64,000 nucleotides of DNA. It comes from Bacillus sp. (in: firmicutes) (GTDB taxonomy: Bacteria > Bacillota > Bacilli > Bacillales > Cytobacillaceae). The notes beneath the pieces are model-generated. The model saw nothing but the letters and a program-made list of their open reading frames with translations. It had not been told where the DNA came from and ran no database searches. The stretch's first letter is position 1. Each line of letters opens with the position of its first letter. The translations under genes and the position numbers were made by a program. The stretch is from NCBI GenBank assembly GCA_031177865.1, contig JAPSKD010000002.1, forward strand, positions 1,641-65,640, written 5' to 3'. Below are positions 1-6,901 of the stretch, piece after piece.

Positions 1-402
1 TTCTTCCAGCTGGTGATCGACATGATATTTGTAAATGCCTTTATGCCAGAGGAGAATCTGTAAATTTTTCTTGTTGGATGTAAAAAGCGGATTCTTTACT
101 TCTGTTTCCACGATCTCTTTAATGAGGGGATAATCAAGCTTGCGCCTAGCCATATTCAGCTGGTTTTTAACTTCCTGAACATAATCTAGCCGTGGGGTCG
201 TTCCGTGATCAAAAAAGTAATTTATATCAACACCCAGCCTCTGTGAAATGAAATATAAAGTGGAAGCCAAAGGAAGGACATCCCCTTTTTCAATTTTGCT
301 GATTTGAGCTTGAGTACATATATCTTTTGCCAGGTCTTTTTGGGAAAAACCTGCTGATTTTCTTAACTCTTTGATTTTTTTTCCGATTGCAGAAAAGTTC
401 AA
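1..402 (-). CDS. PlcR-like RRNPP regulator, XRE HTH + TPR (5' part; runs off the window edge)
   Basis: Not in ORF track. Manual translation from TTG at 402 (RBS GGAGG at 411-415): MNFSAIGKKIKELRKSAGFSQKDLAKDICTQAQISKIEKGDVLPLASTLYFISQRLGVDINYFF...QILLWHKGIY; open to position 1 and aligns with 1262..2149. Confidence 0.9.
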   Translation of the reverse strand, partial: MNFSAIGKKIKELRKSAGFSQKDLAKDICTQAQISKIEKGDVLPLASTLYFISQRLGVDINYFFDHGTTPRLDYVQEVKNQLNMARRKLDYPLIKEIVETEVKNPLFTSNKKNLQILLWHKGIYKYHVDHQLEE

Positions 403-539
403 GCGATTACCCTCCTGTAAAATATTCTTATAGTTATATTTACTATTAAAAATCTGTATAAACAAGAGATTTAGAACTAAAAACCATTAATAATGAGTAA
501 TAATCAATGATACATTCATTGTATATTAATGTTTTAATG

Positions 540-647
540 AACAATGTGTAATGCATTTAGGAAGGAAACCTAACTGCAACAGATGGTTTACATCCTTTTA
601 AATCTCCAATTTCAGCCGCTTCCCTATCGGAAGCGGTTCTTTTTGTT
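540..647 (+). ncRNA. Candidate small RNA ending in an orphan intrinsic terminator
   Basis: Stem AGCCGCTTCC (614-623)/GGAAGCGGTT (629-638) plus T-tract, with no + strand gene upstream; internal pairing AGGA..AAACC/GGTTT..TCCT. 5' end is a guess. Confidence 0.4.
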
Positions 648-733
648 TAAGAATTGGAAATGTATTGTCAAATGATAGAAAATAAAATAGAATATTGTCT
701 AAGTATGATAGGGAAATAGGAGGGGGTAAATAG

Positions 734-880
734 TTGTTGGGTAATCACGAAACATTAAATCAGCTCTTTGTGGATATGCTAACCAAAGCATATGAAAAGG
801 GTGTTGGAGAAAAAGAAATAAGCGTTCATCAGCTTCTTTCAGAGATTGAAAATGACTTGAGGAAAATAGTGGCGAATTAA
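734..880 (+). CDS. 48-aa small helical protein (MLGNHETLNQLFVDMLTKAYEKGVGEKEISVHQLLSEIENDLRKIVAN)
   Basis: Strong RBS AGGAGGGGG, TTG start, terminator-like hairpin at 919-948; below the ORF-track cutoff. Confidence 0.75.
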   Translation: MLGNHETLNQLFVDMLTKAYEKGVGEKEISVHQLLSEIENDLRKIVAN

Positions 881-1261
881 CGAAACCAAAAAATATATAA
901 GATATGAATTGTAATATTACCCCTCTTTATAGAAGGGTTTTTATTTTTGATTGGAACAACGCCGGATGGAAATAATTAAGAAAGATCCCTGCATTTAAAG
1001 TAAAAGCGGTTTATAAATTTTTCAATTAGTGAGAGGATATTTTCTGGTACTATCGAATAATATATAGTGGGGTTAAATTTAATTTAACTGCGAAGATGTT
1101 TTTCTCCGTTAAGTTTCGTTTACAGTAGACTCTTCAATCTTAGAACTTCAAACGTACCGCATATAGACTGATGCAGTTCCTGTACACTCCTGAATCTTCA
1201 AGGATACTATACTTTTTGTGGTAGGATAATACTATTAATTTTACTAAGTGAGGGAAAGCTG

Positions 1262-2149
1262 ATGAATTTAAGTGAGTATTTAATTGGCGACAGCTTACAA
1301 TCTTTTCGTCAGTATAAAGGATTAAGTGTTAAGGAACTTTCAGAAGGCATATGCTCTGAAGAGGAGCTGGTTTCCTTTGAAAAAGAGAAAGCGTATCCAA
1401 GTCTGGAGACGCTGAATCAATTAGCAAATAAAATGAATATTGATCTTACGTACTTCTTTAATATTGCCTCGAAGTCTACCATAAATTATTCTACAGCTGT
1501 TATGCAAATAATAAACAAGCACAAGCGGAATTGGAATTATCAGGCGATTAACGAAATTGTTCAAAAGGAATTGGAGAATCCGATTTTCCAGCCTGTCATG
1601 CTGAAGCAATTTTTAGTATGGCATCAGGGCATTTGTGTGTTTTATCTTGAGAATGATTTTAATAAAGCAATCAAGCTGCTGCACGGTGCCTTAGATCTTA
1701 CAAATGAAAAAAGGGTTAACTTATCGGAAAGAGAAGTTGAAATATTAACAAGTATCGCTATTTTATATAAAGATATGAACCATTATAAGGAAGCTATTTC
1801 CATGTTCAAAAAAGGGCTTAATGATTTGGAGAAACTCCCGCATGTCCTTGAGAGCAGAGGGAAAGTCAGGATTTTGTTTGGTCTATCCCAGGCCTTGACA
1901 GAGGTCGGGGAATTCCAGGAGTCCCTGATATATTGCCAAAGGGGAATTGAAATTTGCATACATGAAGAAATCCAATATTTATTTGCCAATTTGCACTATC
2001 AAAGTGGAGAAAATTATATAAAACTTGGCAATAAAGAAAAGGGCGTAGAGTTCCTTCAGAAAGCCATTTATATCTTACGGCTGCAGGAAAATAATAAATT
2101 CATCCAAATTATTGAATCGGAAATGGAAAAATTGCTCAATAAATGTTAA
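1262..2149 (+). CDS. PlcR-like RRNPP peptide-sensing regulator (HTH + TPR)
   Basis: 295 aa, PlcR-like length; N-terminal XRE-like HTH, KQFLVWHQG motif, TPR helices (EILTSIAILY, VRILFGLSQAL, LHYQSGENY); followed directly by a secreted peptide gene. Confidence 0.88.
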   Translation: MNLSEYLIGDSLQSFRQYKGLSVKELSEGICSEEELVSFEKEKAYPSLETLNQLANKMNIDLTYFFNIASKSTINYSTAVMQIINKHKRNWNYQAINEIVQKELENPIFQPVMLKQFLVWHQGICVFYLENDFNKAIKLLHGALDLTNEKRVNLSEREVEILTSIAILYKDMNHYKEAISMFKKGLNDLEKLPHVLESRGKVRILFGLSQALTEVGEFQESLIYCQRGIEICIHEEIQYLFANLHYQSGENYIKLGNKEKGVEFLQKAIYILRLQENNKFIQIIESEMEKLLNKC

Positions 2150-2193
2150 TATATAAATAATTCAATAAATTATGAATGAGAGGAGTTAATGTC

Positions 2194-2409
2194 ATGAAAA
2201 AGTTAATTTTAGCTGGGGCGTTGGCTTTAGGTTTAATTGGCGCTGGAGCATCTTTCACAGGGAACCTTGAGGCTGGCATTCCATCAGAACATAGTATTGG
2301 CAAACCTGTAGAGTTAGCTGGCATTCCATCAGAACACAGTATTGGCAAGCCAATAGAGTTAGCAGGTATTCCATCAGAGCACAGCTTAGGAATTCCGTCA
2401 GAACATTAA
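2194..2409 (+). CDS. PapR/Phr-like signalling pre-propeptide with four GIPSEH copies
   Basis: RBS GAGAGGAG before ATG 2194; Sec signal MKKLILAGALALGLIGAGA; GIPSEH at 2275, 2320, 2365 and 2389, the last at the C-terminus; terminator at 2426-2450. Confidence 0.9.
   Translation: MKKLILAGALALGLIGAGASFTGNLEAGIPSEHSIGKPVELAGIPSEHSIGKPIELAGIPSEHSLGIPSEH
2272..2406 (+). repeat. 45-bp tandem repeat (AGIPSEHSIGKP[VI]EL) x2 plus two shortened units
   Basis: Units start at 2272, 2317 and 2362, with a final 18-bp core at 2389. Confidence 0.95.
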
Positions 2410-2425
2410 TATAAACTCATTAATT

Positions 2426-2450
2426 AAAAGCGGTGCTTACCGCTTTTTTC
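2426..2450 (+). terminator. Intrinsic terminator of receptor/peptide unit
   Basis: AAAAGCGGT-gctt-ACCGCTTTTTT. Confidence 0.85.
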
Positions 2451-2468
2451 TATTCGTTTCAAATGTGC

Positions 2469-2507
2469 AAAAAGCCCGAGCTCAGTATATAAGAAGCTCG
2501 GGCTTTA
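2469..2507 (-). terminator. Terminator of acyltransferase gene
   Basis: AAAGCCCGAGCT...AGCTCGGGCTTT with A-run on the left. Confidence 0.8.
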
Positions 2508-2511
2508 ACTT

Positions 2512-3630
2512 TTATTGGAAATTTGATTTCACCCGCAGAGCGGATGTTTTTACACTGGTATTACTTTTCTGCTTCTTAATGCCCGGCACTGTTAATATAT
2601 ATTGATTCATCGGTATTAATTGTATCGCTTTTACCATTGCGATTGAACCTAATAAAATTAAGGCATAAACAAAAGGGAAGAATGCTGTTTTCCAGACAAA
2701 ATCCGGTGCAATCTGGATAAAGCTATATAGAACAAAAGGATGTACCAGATAGATGGCCATAGATAATGTTCCTATCTGTGTAATAAAGCTGTTGAGCAGC
2801 CTGATTTTTTGGATTTGTTCTCCGATCCCAATTACAAAAAGAGTAATGATGGGAATGTTGAACATATTCGTCACTCTATTAGAAGGTGTGGACCCCATTG
2901 TTTTGTATTCCCATACAGCGGCAGCTGTGACAATTAGAACCGCAATCCCCAATAAGATTTTATATTTCTTTGAAAATATACGTAATGGTTCCCAAAAATA
3001 AGCGAGGAACCCGCCAAAAATAAAATAGAAAATCCAGCTTGGCAAAAATGCCCGCTGACTTAGGATACTCCCAAGGATTCCTTCGAATTCTCCAGGATTG
3101 AATGACTTTACAAAGTAATAGTTTATACATACTGCTCCGATAAGCAGCGCTGGCCAAATCATTTTTGATTTAACTGCCTGCAGCAGCGGAAATAGCAAGT
3201 AAAATTGAAAGACAATGGACATAAAATATAAATGATAATATGCATTGCCAAATATGAAGTTCACCAGGAATTGCTTTTCTCCTGATTCTAATGGATTTAC
3301 GCCAAGTACTAAATACGTAAACAGTAAATAGAAAACACTCCAAAAGAGAAATGGCAAGCCAATCTTTGTAAATCGGCTTGCAGCAAATCGATAAAAATCA
3401 AAGCCCTTAAATCTTGCCTGATAAAATAGGAGAAAACCGCTAATAAGTGCAAACATTGGTGTTCCGAAGCGGCTGATTTGATTGATAAATAAAGTGAACT
3501 CGTTATATGTTTCGCCGTGCTCATAATAGAAAGAACCAGAAACATGAACAGCAACGACAAATAGGCAGCCTATTGCCCTCAATATATGAATCTCAGAAAT
3601 ATGTCCGCGAGTATTACTCATTAATCTCAC
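2512..3630 (-). CDS. Acyltransferase-3 family membrane O-acyltransferase (IcaC/YiaH-like)
   Basis: LRAIGCLFVVAVH, RFGTPMFALISGFLL, YYHLYFM and SMAIYLVHP motifs; about 10 TM segments. Confidence 0.88.
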   Translation of the reverse strand: MRLMSNTRGHISEIHILRAIGCLFVVAVHVSGSFYYEHGETYNEFTLFINQISRFGTPMFALISGFLLFYQARFKGFDFYRFAASRFTKIGLPFLFWSVFYLLFTYLVLGVNPLESGEKQFLVNFIFGNAYYHLYFMSIVFQFYLLFPLLQAVKSKMIWPALLIGAVCINYYFVKSFNPGEFEGILGSILSQRAFLPSWIFYFIFGGFLAYFWEPLRIFSKKYKILLGIAVLIVTAAAVWEYKTMGSTPSNRVTNMFNIPIITLFVIGIGEQIQKIRLLNSFITQIGTLSMAIYLVHPFVLYSFIQIAPDFVWKTAFFPFVYALILLGSIAMVKAIQLIPMNQYILTVPGIKKQKSNTSVKTSALRVKSNFQ

Positions 3631-3857
3631 ATCCTTAACAAGGATTAAATACCCTTACCATCATATAAGAAAGATTCATCTAAATACTTATTGTAAAATA
3701 ACTTTAATATAAACTTAGCGTTTCATTAATAATGAATCCTAAAATTGGATAAGATGGTTTAGCCATGGAATAAGAGGGTTACTCAGGTTGGTTTTTTTAT
3801 AAAATTTTAGGGGAATTGATAATGTAGGGGGGGAATAATTAAAAGGAGGAGTTCAAT

Positions 3858-4064
3858 ATGGAAGAATTCTATGGAACAGAGGAGTATTTTGAGAAAAAGG
3901 TTTCTAATTACCTTTCAAAGGATACTGACGAAAAAAGACTGTCAAAAATTGCTGCCCGGCTGGAGTACGAAATCAGGTATGAATTCATCTGTCATGAAAG
4001 AATCAGGGATGAATGCCTTGAGAATCTATTTGAAGTATGTGATAGGGTTATTTCCGATAAATAA
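3858..4064 (+). CDS. 68-aa hypothetical protein
   Basis: RBS AAAGGAGGA, ATG start, plausible soluble sequence. Confidence 0.7.
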   Translation: MEEFYGTEEYFEKKVSNYLSKDTDEKRLSKIAARLEYEIRYEFICHERIRDECLENLFEVCDRVISDK

Positions 4065-4346
4065 AAAAATTAGTAAAAATAGTATTTTCTTGAAATCTTC
4101 CTTTCTCTTTTACATTCATAAAAAGGAGAAAAGACTTGAAGAAAATACTATTATGTCTATTTGCGGAACACTCACTTTTTTCTCTCAAAGGCAAAGTAGA
4201 ATATTAAATTTAAAGAGTCTTCGTAAGAGGGCTCTTTTTCTTTCTTCCCTATTCTAGAAATTTAATATCATTAGTCCTTTTGACCTGGACTAATAGTCCT
4301 TGTTGGTAATATAATGAATAGGAAAATTTTACAATAGGAGGAAGAT

Positions 4347-6701
4347 ATGAAAAGATCTTTAATTGTTTTCCTGAGTCTGGCTGTACTCTTTTTCTTTACT
4401 CAGGAAGTAACCAATGCAGAAAATACCAGATTATCAGGAAAGGACCGTTATGAGACAGCAGTTAACATTTCCAAAAAAGGCTGGTCAACAGCAGATACAG
4501 TGGTGCTGGCCATTGGAGATAATTTTCCTGACGCTTTAGCCGGCGGTCCATTAGCTTACAAGTTAAATGCACCAATACTGCTGACTAAAAAAAATACCCT
4601 TGGAGAAATAACCAGAAAACAGATTTCAAGTCTAAAAGCAAAAAAAGCAGTAATCCTGGGCGGTAAAGGTATTATTACCGAAAATGTCGAAGCGGAACTG
4701 CGCTCTTTAGGACTTTCCATTGAGCGTATAGGGGGAAAAGACCGATACATAACTGCCGCATTAATTGCGGACAAGCTTGGAACTAGCAATAAAGCCATTA
4801 TTGCATACGGAAGAAATTTCCCGGATGCTCTTTCCATTGCACCATATGCTGCCAGAATGGGATACCCTATTCTGTTAAGTGAAACGAAAGCATTGCCAGA
4901 GGTAACAAAGGAAAAGCTAAAAGGCAAGTCTGAAACATTCTTTGTTGGAGGAAAAGGGATCTTAGCTGATAGCCTGCTGACTCAAGCACCTAATGCTAAA
5001 CGCGTTTCAGGAAAAGACCGCTATCAGACAGCTGTTGCAATTATTAACCAGTTCCAATCCAAAGCTCCAGCGGCGTACGTTGCTACTGGTACCAGCTTTG
5101 CGGATGCATTAACAGGTTCAGTTTTAGCGGCAAAGAATAATGGAGCTATGCTTTTGGTTCAGACAACTAAGCTTCCAGATGCTATTAAGAGCCATCTAAA
5201 CTCGAATGTTTACTCAAGTTTGACAGCATTAGGCGGCAATGGAGCTGTTTCTAATAATGTATTAACTCAAATGAATGGCTTACAGGCGAATAATACTTTT
5301 GAGAAGTCAGCAAAAATTGATGTAAACAAAACCTATGGTGCCAAGCTGGCAGATTACGGGGATGAAGATTATTATCAATTTACTATCACAGAACCCGGAA
5401 ATATTACCCTCCAGCTTAAACAAACAAGCGGTGCAAGCTGGTATGCTACTATATTAACGGCTAATGGGGATGCACTTGAGGATTTCTCCACTAACTATAA
5501 CTCCGGGGCTTCAGGAGTAACGAATAATTCGGTGGGGCTTCCTAAGGGGACATACTATATTAAAATTGAGAATTATTCAGATGGATATAAAGTTCCATAT
5601 TCATTTACAGTTAAATACACAAAGAGCAACAATTATGAAAAAGAGATGAATAACACGATTGCAGCAGCAAATCAAATAAATGTTAATGCAGACTACAAAG
5701 GGGCTTTACAAGACAGCGGGGACCTGGATTATTATAAATTCACTTTGACAGCCCCAGGGCAAGTGGAATTGAAAATGGACCAGATGCCTGGAGTCTCGTG
5801 GGAAGGCACATTGCTGAATGAGAAAGGTGAAACATTTACATACTTCTCTACTGAGTATGGAACGTATGCAAATGGAGCTACAAGCTATCGGACTGGTTTA
5901 CCAGCTGGAACCTATTACTTCCTGATTGATAATTATAGTGGTGCCCAGGATGAGGAGTACAAGTTGAAAGTACAGTATATTCAGGGCAATTACTTTGAAA
6001 AGGAATTCAATAACACCATCGCAACTGCAAATATACTAGAATTGAATAAAAGCTATAAAGGTTTATTAAGTAAATCCGAAACAGTAGATTTTTATAAATT
6101 CACTTTAGATTCTGCAGGCAAAATTAATGTAAACGTGAAAAATACCCCGGGTAAAAGCTGGGAAGTGCAGGTTATGAACCGTAATGGTGAGCAATATGCA
6201 TACTTCAACACAAAATACGACGATTATGCAGGCGGCTACTCTAATGTTCCAATCGGTTTGCCGGCCGGGGATTATTACCTTGTCCTTGAAAATTACTCAG
6301 ATAGTAAAGATGCTGAGTATGAATTTAAAGTTAACTTCAGCAAAGTAAGCAATTATGAGAAAGAGTTCAATGATAGTGTTCAATCAGCCAATCCAATCAG
6401 CATAGGTGCACAAATATCAGGCTCCATACAAGATGGAAATGACGAGGACTTCTACTCTTTCCAATTGGATAAATCAGGGACTCTTTCTTTAACAGCAAAA
6501 ACGAAAGAAGACAGCAGCTGGTATTATGAAGTCGTGGATGGATCCGGCAAAACGCTGCAATATATGTATACACCTTATGATAATGTCACAGCAGAAGAAG
6601 TAACAAAAACGGTATCATTACCGGCAGGAAAATATTATATAAAAGTAGATAACTATTATAATTCTTCCTTCCAGGAATACTCATTCTCTGTTAAGAAATA
6701 A
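4347..6701 (+). CDS. CWB2 x3 surface protein with four PPC/collagen-binding-like repeats
   Basis: Signal peptide; RLSGKDRYETA/FPDALA/PILL repeats; C-terminal repeats EKEFNNTIATAN..D-YY-F..LPAGxYY. Confidence 0.88.
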   Translation: MKRSLIVFLSLAVLFFFTQEVTNAENTRLSGKDRYETAVNISKKGWSTADTVVLAIGDNFPDALAGGPLAYKLNAPILLTKKNTLGEITRKQISSLKAKKAVILGGKGIITENVEAELRSLGLSIERIGGKDRYITAALIADKLGTSNKAIIAYGRNFPDALSIAPYAARMGYPILLSETKALPEVTKEKLKGKSETFFVGGKGILADSLLTQAPNAKRVSGKDRYQTAVAIINQFQSKAPAAYVATGTSFADALTGSVLAAKNNGAMLLVQTTKLPDAIKSHLNSNVYSSLTALGGNGAVSNNVLTQMNGLQANNTFEKSAKIDVNKTYGAKLADYGDEDYYQFTITEPGNITLQLKQTSGASWYATILTANGDALEDFSTNYNSGASGVTNNSVGLPKGTYYIKIENYSDGYKVPYSFTVKYTKSNNYEKEMNNTIAAANQINVNADYKGALQDSGDLDYYKFTLTAPGQVELKMDQMPGVSWEGTLLNEKGETFTYFSTEYGTYANGATSYRTGLPAGTYYFLIDNYSGAQDEEYKLKVQYIQGNYFEKEFNNTIATANILELNKSYKGLLSKSETVDFYKFTLDSAGKINVNVKNTPGKSWEVQVMNRNGEQYAYFNTKYDDYAGGYSNVPIGLPAGDYYLVLENYSDSKDAEYEFKVNFSKVSNYEKEFNDSVQSANPISIGAQISGSIQDGNDEDFYSFQLDKSGTLSLTAKTKEDSSWYYEVVDGSGKTLQYMYTPYDNVTAEEVTKTVSLPAGKYYIKVDNYYNSSFQEYSFSVKK

Positions 6702-6706
6702 AAATG

Positions 6707-6749
6707 AAAGACTGTTTCCAGTACATTAGAACTGGAAACAGTCTTTTTT
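6707..6749 (+). terminator. Intrinsic terminator
   Basis: AAAGACTGTTTCCAGT/ACTGGAAACAGTCTTTTTT. Confidence 0.9.
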
Positions 6750-6772
6750 GTTAAATATTGATTTAATCGCAT

Positions 6773-6786
6773 TGACAGCGTTTACA
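6773..6786 (+). promoter_or_regulatory. CcpA cre site upstream of nucleotidase
   Basis: TGACAGCGTTTACA matches TGWNANCGNTNWCA exactly. Confidence 0.65.
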
Positions 6787-6901
6787 ATAAAATTACAAAA
6801 CTCGTCGGAATTTTAATGCTTTTTTAACAAAAAATGATAGTATTTTACTACTTTTAGTATATAATCGACTTGTCAGACATTAGACGAGAGGTGGAAAAAA
6901 G

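Noticed and set aside
2136-2348. Minus-strand 70-aa ORF with repeats MPILCSDG
   Set aside because: Antisense shadow of the peptide repeats.
2272-2406. 45-bp repeats as a CRISPR array or simple VNTR
   Set aside because: No unique spacers or cas genes; repeats are in frame and differ mainly at synonymous sites.
1262-2409. Arbitrium aimR-aimP of a prophage
   Set aside because: Receptor is 295 aa and PlcR-like, shorter than AimR; no phage or integrase genes in the window.
2176-2409. RiPP (multi-core) precursor
   Set aside because: Sec signal peptide, no modifying enzymes nearby, and direct linkage to an RRNPP receptor.
3871-4257. 128-aa alternative-frame ORF
   Set aside because: No RBS, overlaps the better-supported 3858..4064 and runs through a terminator.
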